A stretch of DNA of 64,000 nucleotides, taken from Candidatus Marinacidobacterium sp. (GTDB taxonomy: Bacteria > Acidobacteriota > Vicinamibacteria > Marinacidobacterales > Marinacidobacteraceae). The notes under the pieces are model-generated. The model saw nothing but the letters and a program-made list of their open reading frames with translations. It ran no database searches and was not told the DNA's origin. This document shows, piece by piece, positions 48,616-58,381 of this stretch. The translations under genes and the position numbers were made by a program. Within the stretch, counting starts at the first letter, position 1. The number at the start of each line of letters is the position of its first letter. The stretch lies in assembly GCA_965202845.1 (NCBI GenBank), contig OZ241856.1:1155886-1219885 (forward strand), read 5' to 3'.

Positions 48616-50049
48616 CTACCGGAGTTCCCTGCGAAGCTCCACACACAGACCGGCGGCGATGAGGACAGAGGCGGCGGCGAGGGGGAGGCCGGTGAGCGAC
48701 GCCGCCGCCTGCACCGATTCGAGGCTGCCGCCCAGCAGCAGCGCTGCCGCGACCGCGCCCTCGGTGAGGCACCAGAACACCCGCTGCGCCGTCGGCGCGT
48801 CCAGCTTGCCGCCGGCGGTGATCGAATCCACCACCAGCGATCCCGAATCGGACGAGGTCACGAAGAAGATGACGGTGAGCACGATGGCGACGATCGAAAG
48901 CGGAAGGGTCAGCGGGCGCGCCTCGAACATCCGAAAGAGCGCCAGCTCCGGGCGGAACGCCCGCACCGCGTCCGCCACCCCGGAATGCCCTCCCACGATC
49001 AGCTGGTGGAGGGCGGAACCGCCGAAGACGCTCATCCAGAGCAGCGTGAACAGGGTCGGGATCACGAGCAGGAAGCCGAGCATCTCCCGGACGGTGCGCC
49101 CCCGGGAGATGCGGGCGATGAAGATGCCGACCACCGGAGTCCAGGCGAACCACCACGCGAAGTAGAAGGCGCTCCATTCGTGGAGGTAGGCGGTGTCGGT
49201 GCGCCCCACCCAGTTGCTGAGCGGCACGAGGCGCAGGGCGTAGGCGCCGAGACCTTCGAGGAATGCGCCCGCCACTGCGCCGAAGGGGCCGAGAACGACC
49301 ACCGCCAGCATCAGGGCCACCGCCAGCAGGATGTTCGCCTCGCTCAGCCGGCGGACTCCGGCGTCGAGCCCGGAAAGCACCGAAAGGGTGGCGATCAGGG
49401 TGATCGTCGCGACGATGAGCGTCCCGGTCAGGTCGGTGGCGGGAATGCCGAAGAGATGCTCCAGACCGCCGGAAATCTGGCGGGCGCCGAGTCCGAGCGA
49501 GGTCGCCAGCCCGAACACGGTGGCGCACACGGTCGCGAAGTCGATGAAATGGCCGGAGGCGCCCCACACCCGGTCCCCCAGCACCGGGTGGAAGACCGAG
49601 CGGAGCGCCAGCGGGTAGCCCCGGTTGTAGGCGAAAAACGCCAGCGCGAGCGCGGCGACCCCGTAGATGCCCCAGCCGTGCAGCCCCCAGTGGAACAAGG
49701 TGGCGGCGACCGCGTCCCCGACGCTGGGACGCTCGATGCCGAGCGGCGGGTGGAGGAAGTGCTGCATCGGCTCCGCGACTCCGAAAAAGAGGAGTCCGAT
49801 GCCGATGCCGGCGGCGAAGAGCATCGCGCCCCAGGTGAGCCGGGAATACCGGGGCTTGGCGTCCGGTCCGCCGAGCCGCACCCGGCCGAGCGGCGAAACG
49901 ATCAGGAACAGGCAGGTCAGTACCGCGAGGTTGGCGCTTCCGAGGTAGAGCCAGTCGAAACGGGACGTGAGGGAGGCGTGTACGTCCGCGAACACCGCTC
50001 CTGCCTGACCGCGAAACACGATCGCCAGCGCGACGAACAGCAGGATCAC
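48616..50049 (-). CDS. BCCT family (betaine/carnitine/choline) transporter
   Basis: BCCT signature region ...RLTWGAMLFAAGIGIGLLFFGVAEPMQHF... 12-TM topology. GTG start. Confidence 0.85.
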   Translation of the reverse strand: MILLFVALAIVFRGQAGAVFADVHASLTSRFDWLYLGSANLAVLTCLFLIVSPLGRVRLGGPDAKPRYSRLTWGAMLFAAGIGIGLLFFGVAEPMQHFLHPPLGIERPSVGDAVAATLFHWGLHGWGIYGVAALALAFFAYNRGYPLALRSVFHPVLGDRVWGASGHFIDFATVCATVFGLATSLGLGARQISGGLEHLFGIPATDLTGTLIVATITLIATLSVLSGLDAGVRRLSEANILLAVALMLAVVVLGPFGAVAGAFLEGLGAYALRLVPLSNWVGRTDTAYLHEWSAFYFAWWFAWTPVVGIFIARISRGRTVREMLGFLLVIPTLFTLLWMSVFGGSALHQLIVGGHSGVADAVRAFRPELALFRMFEARPLTLPLSIVAIVLTVIFFVTSSDSGSLVVDSITAGGKLDAPTAQRVFWCLTEGAVAAALLLGGSLESVQAAASLTGLPLAAASVLIAAGLCVELRRELR

Positions 50050-50154
50050 CGTCGCCGAAGCGACGAAGACCGGCGCATGGATGTCGAGCCCGAACCGCCG
50101 GATGTTCCCCCTTCCGGGGGCGTGCGGGGGAAGTCGGATACGCGCGGCCCCGGC

Positions 50155-51351
50155 CTACTGCTCCCGCAGCGCTCCCACCACGCTGCGGCGCGCCGCTCCG
50201 ATGGCCGGGGCGATCCCGCCGAGCGCGCCGATCCACAGCGCCAGCGTGATGCCCTGGGCGATCAGGTCCGGGGTGACCCGGAAGGCGAAGGCGACCTGGC
50301 TGAACGAGGCGAAGTTGATGGTCGCGGCGCGGAACCCGTCGAAGAGGAGCCACGACGCCACCCCGCCGAGCGCCGCCCCGATCAGGGCGAAGAGGAGCGA
50401 CTCCGCCATCACCGAGACCACCACCGGAGTCCGGGCGAAGCCGAACGCCCGAAGCGTCGCGATCTCGCGGGCGCGGCTCGAAACCGCGGCGTACATGGTG
50501 TTGAGCGCCGCGAAGACCGCCCCCACCGCCATCATCGCCACGACGATCCAGCCCAGGGTGGTGATGACGGCGTCCATCGCCTCGGACTGCTCGGCGAGGT
50601 ATTCGGTTTCGCGCATCGTGGTGACGTTCACGCGCGGGTCGTCCTCGAGGAAACCCTGAAAGTCGTCGTAGGCATCCGCATCGCTGAGCCGCACCAGAAC
50701 CGAGTTCGACGAGTTCCCCCGCTGGTAGGCGTCGGCGAGGATGCGGCTGTCGGCCCAGATCTCCGATTCGGAAATCCCGCCGCCGGCGGTGAAATGCCCC
50801 ACGACCTCCCAGTCCACGGTTCCGACGTCGATCCGGTCGCCGATCCGGAGCCCCTCGAAGGACTCGACGGCGGCTATTCCGACGATCACCTCGTTCCGTC
50901 CCGGCTCGAACATCCGCCCGTCCCGAATCTCGATCGTGTCCCGCACCGCCATCACGCCGGGCGCCACACCCCGCAGGGGCACGTTCGCATCGGTGCCGGT
51001 CCCCAGCTTTTGCCGGTCGATGATCACGAAAATTTCCGGGGACACCAGCGGACCCGAGGCGCCGCGGGCCACCCCGGGCGCCTCCTCGATGACCTGGACT
51101 TCCGGGCGCGAAAGAACGCTCATGGATTCGGAGACCGAGCCGCTCCGCATCACGATGGCGAAATCGTCGCGCGCCTGTCCCTGGACCATCAGGCGGAATC
51201 CGGTCGCCATCGAAAGCACCGCCACCAGCACCCCGACGACGCCGGCGACCCCGAAGATCGCCACCACCGAGGAGCTCCGGCGCTGCCAGATGGTCTGCAG
51301 GTTGTAGGCGGAAACCGCCCCGATCTGCCTGAGGAAGGAGATGAGTCGCAT
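50155..51351 (-). CDS. ABC transporter permease, FtsX-like (MacB-type), copy 2
   Basis: N-terminal TM, large periplasmic domain, C-terminal FtsX 3-TM bundle (...ATLRAFGF...). Confidence 0.8.
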   Translation of the reverse strand: MRLISFLRQIGAVSAYNLQTIWQRRSSSVVAIFGVAGVVGVLVAVLSMATGFRLMVQGQARDDFAIVMRSGSVSESMSVLSRPEVQVIEEAPGVARGASGPLVSPEIFVIIDRQKLGTGTDANVPLRGVAPGVMAVRDTIEIRDGRMFEPGRNEVIVGIAAVESFEGLRIGDRIDVGTVDWEVVGHFTAGGGISESEIWADSRILADAYQRGNSSNSVLVRLSDADAYDDFQGFLEDDPRVNVTTMRETEYLAEQSEAMDAVITTLGWIVVAMMAVGAVFAALNTMYAAVSSRAREIATLRAFGFARTPVVVSVMAESLLFALIGAALGGVASWLLFDGFRAATINFASFSQVAFAFRVTPDLIAQGITLALWIGALGGIAPAIGAARRSVVGALREQ

Positions 51352-52512
51352 TTACAGCCGCCTCAGTGCGAACGCGGTCTGGAGGCGCATCGCGCGTCGC
51401 GCCGGGAAGACGCCGACGACGAACCCGGTGAGGATCGCGAGCGCCATGCCGAGGACCGCATCCTGGGGACGCAGATAGAAGACGGGAAGGAACTGGGCGA
51501 GGGCCTCCCGGAGTCCGACGGAGGCGCCGACCGCGAACAGCAACCCGACGAAACCGGCGGTGGTCACCAGAACCACCGATTCCAGCAGCACCAGCCGCAT
51601 CACCTGGGCGCTGTTGAAGCCGAGCGCCTTCAGCAGCCCGATCTCGCCGACCCGCTCGCGCACCGACTGCGCCATGGTGTTGCCGGCGACCAGCAGGATG
51701 GTGAAGAAGACCGCGCCCAGAATCGAGGTCACGATGAGGCCGATGTTCCCGACCTGGTTGACGAAGCCAGCGGCGAACGCGCCCTCCGGCTCCGACTTGG
51801 TCTCCGCCGGGGAGTTGCGGAAGAGCGCGTCGATCTCCGCCGCCACCTCGGGCGCCCGGTCCGGGTCGGCGACCCGAACCATGTACCAGCCCACCGTCCC
51901 GCGCCCGAAGGCGCGGGTCTCGTCAAACATGTCGTAGCGGAACAGGAACTGGTTGCGGTCGAAGCCCTCCACGACGACGTCGTAGACCCCGACCACTTCG
52001 AACTCCCACGCCTCGTCCTGCCGTCCCTGCTGCTGCCAGATGGTGGGCTGGATGGGAACGCGGTCGCCGACTTCCCATCCGAAGCGCTCCACCAGCCCGC
52101 GCCCGACGACCGCGCCGCTCCGGGTCTCCACCCACCGCCGGCGCGCCGCCTCCGGAAGCGAGAGCTCCGGGTACATGTCCAGGTATTCGAGCGGGCGCAC
52201 CGGGGACTGCATGAAGAAGTTGGACGGATCCTGGTAGACGCCGCCGAACCAGGTCATGTGCATGGCGTCGATGACGCCCGGAATGTCCTCGATCCGACTC
52301 TCGTAGGACTCGGGGAGCACCTGGAAGAGCGACACCCGGTGGCGCACCACCAGCCGCTGCTCGTCGGCGAGCTCCACCCCGGCGCCGAAGGCGGTCCGCA
52401 GCATCGAGAGCAACCCGAACATGAAGAACGCCACCACCACCGAGAGGAACGTGAGAACGGTGCGGGTCTTCTTGCGGCGGAGCGCGGCGACGATCAGCGA
52501 AAGCCCCTTCAT
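51352..52512 (-). CDS. ABC transporter permease, FtsX-like (MacB-type), copy 1
   Basis: Same architecture (...GLLKALGF...). Its stop abuts the downstream permease start. Confidence 0.8.
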   Translation of the reverse strand: MKGLSLIVAALRRKKTRTVLTFLSVVVAFFMFGLLSMLRTAFGAGVELADEQRLVVRHRVSLFQVLPESYESRIEDIPGVIDAMHMTWFGGVYQDPSNFFMQSPVRPLEYLDMYPELSLPEAARRRWVETRSGAVVGRGLVERFGWEVGDRVPIQPTIWQQQGRQDEAWEFEVVGVYDVVVEGFDRNQFLFRYDMFDETRAFGRGTVGWYMVRVADPDRAPEVAAEIDALFRNSPAETKSEPEGAFAAGFVNQVGNIGLIVTSILGAVFFTILLVAGNTMAQSVRERVGEIGLLKALGFNSAQVMRLVLLESVVLVTTAGFVGLLFAVGASVGLREALAQFLPVFYLRPQDAVLGMALAILTGFVVGVFPARRAMRLQTAFALRRL

Positions 52513-53213
52513 GGCGCCGATTTCCCGTTGTCGAGCCGCCCGTCGTCGAGGTGGAGCACCCGGCTGGCCCGCTCGGCGGCGTGCGGGTCATGGGTGACCA
52601 TCAGGATCGTCTTGCCCTGCTCGCGGTTCAGGATCCCCAGCAGGTCCAGGATCTCGTCGGTGTTCTTCCGGTCGAGGTCGCCGGTGGGCTCGTCGCAAAC
52701 CAGCAGCGCCGGATCGTTCACCAGCGCCCGGGCGATGCCGACCCGCTGCTGCTCGCCTCCCGAGAGCTGGCGCGGGTAGTGGCGCCCGCGGTCGGCGAGC
52801 CCCACGATGTCGAGCGCGATCCCCACCCGGCGGCGGCGCTCGCTGGCGGAGAGCGCGGTCAGAAGCAGCGGCACCGCGACGTTGCCGCGCGCATGGAGCG
52901 CGCCCAGCAGGTTGGCGAACTGGAAGACGAACCCGATGTAGCGCGCCCGGAACGCCGCCAGCCGCCGCTCGGACATGGCGTGGACCGGCTGGCCGGCGAC
53001 CACCACCTCCCCGCTGCCCGGCCGGTCGAGACCGGCGATCAGATTGAGCAGGGTGGACTTCCCGGACCCCGAAGGGCCCATCAGCGCCAGGAATTCGCCC
53101 TGGGGGATGTCCAGCGACAGGTCGCGCAGCACCGGAACCGACCGCTTTCCCTGGCGGAAGCTGCGGGTCACCGAACGGACCGAAACCATTGTCCCGTTGT
53201 CGCTCTCCGTCAT
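52509..53213 (-). CDS. ABC transporter ATP-binding protein (MacB/LolD-type)
   Basis: Walker A GPSGSGKST. Signature LSGGEQQRV. Walker B LLVCDEPTGDLD. H-loop THD. 4-nt overlap with the permease. Confidence 0.85.
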   Translation of the reverse strand: MTESDNGTMVSVRSVTRSFRQGKRSVPVLRDLSLDIPQGEFLALMGPSGSGKSTLLNLIAGLDRPGSGEVVVAGQPVHAMSERRLAAFRARYIGFVFQFANLLGALHARGNVAVPLLLTALSASERRRRVGIALDIVGLADRGRHYPRQLSGGEQQRVGIARALVNDPALLVCDEPTGDLDRKNTDEILDLLGILNREQGKTILMVTHDPHAAERASRVLHLDDGRLDNGKSAP

Positions 53214-53238
53214 GCCGTTGCGTCCTTTCTTCGGAAAA

Positions 53239-54492
53239 TCAGGGTGTGGCGGCGCCCATCTCCGCCACCTCGTCGCCGTCCGAGAGGCCTTCGCGCCCCT
53301 CAACCACCACCCGGTCGCCCTCGGCGAGCCCGGAGAGCACGAACACGTCCGCGCCCTGCGCGTCGCCGACCCGGATCGCGCGCCGCTGGACCCGGCCGTC
53401 GCGCACCAGCAGCACCAGGTCGCGTCCGGTGTCCTGGAAGACCGCGGCGGCGGGCGCCAAGAGACCCTCCGGCGCCGCCGAGGGCTCGGCCTCGGCGGAG
53501 CGGAAGCTCACCTTCACCCCCATGTCGGGGAGAATCCGGTCGTCGAGCTCCTCGAATCCGATGCGCACCCGAACGGTCGCCCGATCCCGGTCGGCGGTGG
53601 GAATGATGGCGATCACCCGCGCCGGGATCGTCCAGTCCTCGTAGGAATCGAGGACGGCGTCCACCGGCTGCCCGGGAGCGACCCGGTTGATGAACGCCTC
53701 GTTCACGTCCACCTCGATCTCGCGCGAATCCATGTCCACGATGGTTCCGACTCCGGTGCGGGTGAACCCGGCGCCGCCGGCGATCGGCGACATCATTTCG
53801 CCGGGCTGGGCGTTCTTGGCGGTGATGACCCCGGCGAACGGCGCCCGCACCACGGTGTCCTCGATCTGCTGGCGGATCACGTCGAGCTGCCGCTCCGCCA
53901 CCCGGATGTCCTCCCGCTGCCGCTCGATGCGCGCCTCGAAGGTCGCGACCTCGCCGTCGACCCGGTCCAGATCGGCCTGGCCGGACACCCCCTCGGCGAC
54001 CAGCTGGCGGAGCCGCGCCTGCCGGGTTCGGGCCTCGCCCAGCTGGGCCTCCACTTCGGCGACCATCTTCCGCGCCGATTCGGCCTGCGCCTCGGCGAGC
54101 CGCAGGCTGCGTTCGAGGTTCGAGGCGTCCAGCCGGGCGAGCACCTGGCCGGGCGCGACTTCCATCCCCTCCTCGATGAGGATCTCGGTAATCTGCCCCG
54201 CCGCCTTGGAGGAGACGGTGGCCTGGCGCCGGGCGGTCACGTAGCCGCTCGCGTTCAGGACGGTAGTTCCCGCCGAGACCGCGGTGGCGCGGACCCGGGC
54301 GGTGCGCACCTCCGGGAGCTCGGGTTCGGATCCCAGCAGTCGGAACGCGGCGAAGCCGCCGCCCAGAACCAGAACCACCCCAAGCACCGCGGTCCAGACC
54401 GCAACCGCGCGGCTCCCGCTGCGCGCCTCCTCGTGGATGCGAAGCTCCGCCAGCCGGCTGGCCGGTTTCACCCCGGAGTCGGTTTCGCTCAT
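53239..54492 (-). CDS. efflux transporter periplasmic adaptor subunit (HlyD/MacA family)
   Basis: N-terminal TM, long coiled-coil, lipoyl/beta-barrel domains. First gene of the MFP-ABC-permease operon. Confidence 0.8.
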   Translation of the reverse strand: MSETDSGVKPASRLAELRIHEEARSGSRAVAVWTAVLGVVLVLGGGFAAFRLLGSEPELPEVRTARVRATAVSAGTTVLNASGYVTARRQATVSSKAAGQITEILIEEGMEVAPGQVLARLDASNLERSLRLAEAQAESARKMVAEVEAQLGEARTRQARLRQLVAEGVSGQADLDRVDGEVATFEARIERQREDIRVAERQLDVIRQQIEDTVVRAPFAGVITAKNAQPGEMMSPIAGGAGFTRTGVGTIVDMDSREIEVDVNEAFINRVAPGQPVDAVLDSYEDWTIPARVIAIIPTADRDRATVRVRIGFEELDDRILPDMGVKVSFRSAEAEPSAAPEGLLAPAAAVFQDTGRDLVLLVRDGRVQRRAIRVGDAQGADVFVLSGLAEGDRVVVEGREGLSDGDEVAEMGAATP

Positions 54493-54539
54493 CGCCGCCC
54501 TCCCCTACGACCGGGGAGTCGAAAAAGTTGCATCGGACT

Positions 54540-55254
54540 TCATGCGGGATCGTACCACCGCCGCCAACGGACGAACGGGAGATACGCCAGCAGGAACATA
54601 CCGAGCCCAACCATTTCGAGGAACAGCAGATACCAGGGCCAGGGCGCGAAGAAGAAGGGGGAGACGCTGCCGCCGGGCGGGCTGGAGAGGAACATGTAGT
54701 TCGATCCCAGCAGCAGGTTCGCGATCGCGACCGGAACCGCCAACAGGTTCATGTACAGGAAGGCCCGGAACAGTCCTCCGAGCGACGGGCGCATCCCGAG
54801 TCCCCAGGTGGCGACCGCGACTCCGGCGACGATGCCGCCGTGGGCGATGAAGTACTGGAAGAAGCGGTACGCGGGAAACCCGACGTCGATGTTGCCGGGC
54901 GTGAGCACCGCGCTCCCCGCGCCCACCATCCCCCAGAACCAGGCGATCTCGTAGGCGCGCTTACGCCGAAAGATCAGGGTGACGGCGGTCAGGAAGACGG
55001 CCACGCCGCACAGGTGCAGCGGGAGGTGGTTCCGCAGGAATCCGTCGAACCCGATCTGGACGACGCGGATCGTCCACCAGGCGAACTCGTTCAGAAGCAG
55101 CGTGGCGGCCAACCCGTAACGGACCGCGTTTCCGACCGCCGGCGACCCGCGCCGGACGGCGAGGCAGAGCGCGACCGGAACGGCGACCGTGAGTCCGATC
55201 GCCGCCAGGTGGGGGACGCCGAAGGTCGGGAATCCGCCGTTCAAGCGACCTCCG
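54540..55254 (-). CDS. TIGR02206/YwaF-like integral membrane protein
   Basis: Seven-helix hydrophobic protein with LPLHLCGV and NYMFL motifs. A TTG start is assumed, because the in-frame upstream sequence overlaps the GNAT gene. Confidence 0.5.
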
Positions 55255-55870
55255 CATCCGCCGGCAGTACCAGCAGCGCGCCGTATCCGGCGCAGACCGG
55301 ATCGGACACGTAGTCCGGGATCAACCCCCGCGGGCGGAATCCGATCCGCAGCTGGACGGAAATCGTCGGATCGGAACGCTCCCCGGCCAGCAGCTCCCGG
55401 TAGTAAGTTTCCGCGTCCATCCGGTCGGCGAGCGCCCCGTACCCGGCGAGCAGCCCCACCGTGGCCTGGCCGGCCAGATGGAGACGACGGACGGCCCGCT
55501 GGCGCGCCGCGTAGAGCGCCCGGGCGACCCCCCGCCCCCGCCATTCGGGAATCACGCCGAGGTCGGCGCCGTAGAGCCAGGCGCCCTCCGGATGGTGGGC
55601 GGAAAGCCAGCCGCCGCCGAAGATCCGGGAGAACGAGTGCGGCTCGAACGCCAGACGCTCCTCCACCCGGAGGGTGGTGGTGGCGCCGATGACGTCCCCT
55701 TCGTCGGCGACCGCGACGAACTGACCTTCGGGAAACATCTCCACGTGATGCCGGTAGTGTTCGGCCAGGAAGCGCTGGTCGGGCGCCAGCGTCGGGAAGA
55801 TCACCGCCTGGAGCGCCGCCAGCGCCTCGGCGCGCTCCGCCGCCGTTGGCAGGACCCGGAACCCGCTCAC
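55241..55870 (-). CDS. GNAT family N-acetyltransferase
   Basis: About 209 aa with an acetyl-CoA-binding-like segment ...VIPEWRGRGVARALY... The GTG start overlaps the SSS stop (GTGA). Confidence 0.6.
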   Translation of the reverse strand: MSGFRVLPTAAERAEALAALQAVIFPTLAPDQRFLAEHYRHHVEMFPEGQFVAVADEGDVIGATTTLRVEERLAFEPHSFSRIFGGGWLSAHHPEGAWLYGADLGVIPEWRGRGVARALYAARQRAVRRLHLAGQATVGLLAGYGALADRMDAETYYRELLAGERSDPTISVQLRIGFRPRGLIPDYVSDPVCAGYGALLVLPADAEVA

Positions 55871-57354
55871 GACCGGGGACGACGGAGCGCCAGCAGTCCC
55901 AGCCGGTCCCGGGGCGCGACCGGACGCCCGGCGGCGTCCACGATGGGGCGCGGCGGATGCGTCTTGCCGGTCAGGAGCGAAACCAGAACCGTCGCCGCCA
56001 GCGAGGCGGCGGTCGCGACCAGCGCGCCGGGGAACTCCGCGTCGCTTCCGGTCCCCCACGAGATGAGGAGCGTGGCCAGCCAGACGCCGATGCCGGCGAG
56101 GATGCCGGCCACCGCGCCGGGGCCGTTGGTCCGCTTCCAGTACATCCCCAGGGTCAGGGGCGCGAAGAGCCCCACCATGATGACCGTCCAGGACTCGACC
56201 ATCAGCGAGTAGACGCTCTGGAACAGCAGCGCGACGCACAGCGCGAGGCCGCAGAAGAACACCACCCCCAGCCGCACCGCGATGAGGACTTCGCGGGACG
56301 AGAGGTCGGGCGCCAGGTTCCGCACGATGTTCTGACCGAAGACGCTCGCCGGCCCCAGCAGGCCGCTGTCCGCCGAGCTCATCAGGGCGGCGAAGAGCGC
56401 GCCCAGGAAGAGGGCGAAGCCGAGCGGGGGCAGGTACTCCATCGCCAGCACCGGCACGATGTGCTCCGGGTTCTCGAGCGCCGGGAAGAGCTGGGCGCCG
56501 ATCAGCCCGAGTCCGACCGGGATCAGGCCCACCAGCCAGTACATCGCCCCGGCGCCGTAGGCGCTCCACTGCGCCACCCATTCGTTCTTCGAGCTCAGCG
56601 CCCGCTGCATGAGATCCTGGGCCGGCAGGTTGCCGAGTCCGATCACGAGCCACGCCTGGACGAACAGGCACCATTCGAGGATGCCCCCGGTGGGGAAAAA
56701 GCGCGTGGCTTCGGCGGAGAGGTTGGCGAAGGCGGCCTGGGCCCCTCCGGCGGCCGCCAAAACGAGCGGCGCCAGGATCAGGAGCGCCGCGATCAGCACG
56801 ATCGACTGGAAGAAGTCGGTGAGGGTGACGCTCCACATGCCGCCCAGCACCGTGTAGAGCAGCACGACTCCGGCGGCGATGAGGATCGCGGTGGTGGAGT
56901 CCAGGTCGGTCATCGCGGTCAGGATGGTTCCCACCGCGACCAGCTGGGAGCCGACCCAGCCGATGTACGCCGGGAAGATGGCGACCGCCGAGAGGATTTC
57001 GGCGGCCCTTCCGAAACGGCTGCCGAAGAAGTCGGAGACGGTGGTCAGCCGGAGCCGGCGCAGGAATCGGACGTAGAACGCTCCGGCGAGAAAGAGGCAG
57101 AGCCCAGCGCCGAAGGGGTCCGCGACCACCGCCGAGAGCCCGCCGGCGTAGGCGGCGCCGGCGGCGCCGATGAGGGTGCCCCCGCCGAACCAGGTGGCGA
57201 AGAGGGTGCAGGTGCAAAGGAGGACGCCGAGCCGGCGCCCGGCCACCACGAAGTCGGCGGCGTTGCGGACCCGCCGGGCGCTGACCGCCCCGATGACCAA
57301 AAGCGCCGCCAGGTAGACGACCGCGACTCCCAGAACCAGCGCCGTCGCGGACAC
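55867..57354 (-). CDS. sodium:solute symporter (SSS) family transporter
   Basis: 13-TM SSS pattern (...FVVAGRRLG...GGGTLIGAAGAAY...). GTG start. Confidence 0.85.
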   Translation of the reverse strand: MSATALVLGVAVVYLAALLVIGAVSARRVRNAADFVVAGRRLGVLLCTCTLFATWFGGGTLIGAAGAAYAGGLSAVVADPFGAGLCLFLAGAFYVRFLRRLRLTTVSDFFGSRFGRAAEILSAVAIFPAYIGWVGSQLVAVGTILTAMTDLDSTTAILIAAGVVLLYTVLGGMWSVTLTDFFQSIVLIAALLILAPLVLAAAGGAQAAFANLSAEATRFFPTGGILEWCLFVQAWLVIGLGNLPAQDLMQRALSSKNEWVAQWSAYGAGAMYWLVGLIPVGLGLIGAQLFPALENPEHIVPVLAMEYLPPLGFALFLGALFAALMSSADSGLLGPASVFGQNIVRNLAPDLSSREVLIAVRLGVVFFCGLALCVALLFQSVYSLMVESWTVIMVGLFAPLTLGMYWKRTNGPGAVAGILAGIGVWLATLLISWGTGSDAEFPGALVATAASLAATVLVSLLTGKTHPPRPIVDAAGRPVAPRDRLGLLALRRPRS

Positions 57355-57361
57355 GGAGCGG

Positions 57362-58381
57362 TCAGCTTCCGGCGCGCCGTCGGTACGCCTGGGTCCCGTA
57401 CACCTCCGGGTTCACGCAGTTGGGGGCCGGTTTCCGGTTCAGGTGGGCGATCGCGTTTTCGGCGCACATGGTGGCCATCCGGTCCCGGGTGGCGAAGCTC
57501 GCACTCGCGATGTGGGGGAGGATCACCACCTGGGGCAGCTCGGCGAGGCCGGGCGCCATCGCCGGCTCGTGCTCGAAGACGTCCAGCCCCGCGCCCCCGA
57601 TGGCGCCGGAGCGGAGCGCCTCCACCAGCGCCGCCTCGTCCACCACCGGCCCGCGGGCGGTGTTGATCAGGATGGCGGTCGGTTTCATCAGCGCGAACGC
57701 CCGGGCGTCGAAGAGATGGCGGGTCGAGGCGTTCAAGTCGGTGTGGATGCTCACGAAATCGCTGCGCCGCAGCAGGTCGTCGAACTCGGCGTACTCCACG
57801 TCGTCGCGGGCTTTGAGGATGTCCCGCATCGGCGGGTCGAACGCGAGCACATCCATGTCGAAGCCCTGGGCGCGGCGGCGCATCGCCTGTCCGATGCGTC
57901 CGAAGCCGACCACGCCGAGCGTCTTGCGCCGTCCGTCGCCGCCGGGACTCACATCGGCGCCCAGCATGAGCGCCGGCCCCCAGATGCGGTAGCGCCCGCC
58001 GCGCATCCAGGCGTCGGCCTCCACCACCCGGCGGGCGGTCGCCATCAGCAGCGCCCAGGCCAGGTCGGCGGTGGTGTCGGTGAGGACTCCGGGGGTGTTG
58101 CTGACCGGAACCCCGAGCTCGGTGGCGGCCGGGATGTCCACGTTGTTGAAGCCGACCGCGTAATTCGCCACCCCGAGCAGCGTCGGGATCGAGAGCAGCT
58201 CCCGGTCCACCGCCTCGGTGAGCAGCGAGACGTGCACCTGGGCGGAGCGGGCGCCTTCGAGCACCCGGTCCCGGGGGACGGCGGCATCGTCGGCCATCCC
58301 GGCGATTTCGACCTCGCCCGCCGCGCGGAGCATGGCGAGCCCGGCGTCGGGGATCTTGCGGGTCACGAAGAAACGGCTCAT
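57362..58381 (-). CDS. D-isomer-specific 2-hydroxyacid dehydrogenase (glyoxylate/hydroxypyruvate reductase-like)
   Basis: NAD-binding GVVGFGRIGQAM. Catalytic R/E/H residues (...ARGPVVDEAAL...DVFEHEP...ILPHIAS). Confidence 0.85.
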   Translation of the reverse strand: MSRFFVTRKIPDAGLAMLRAAGEVEIAGMADDAAVPRDRVLEGARSAQVHVSLLTEAVDRELLSIPTLLGVANYAVGFNNVDIPAATELGVPVSNTPGVLTDTTADLAWALLMATARRVVEADAWMRGGRYRIWGPALMLGADVSPGGDGRRKTLGVVGFGRIGQAMRRRAQGFDMDVLAFDPPMRDILKARDDVEYAEFDDLLRRSDFVSIHTDLNASTRHLFDARAFALMKPTAILINTARGPVVDEAALVEALRSGAIGGAGLDVFEHEPAMAPGLAELPQVVILPHIASASFATRDRMATMCAENAIAHLNRKPAPNCVNPEVYGTQAYRRRAGS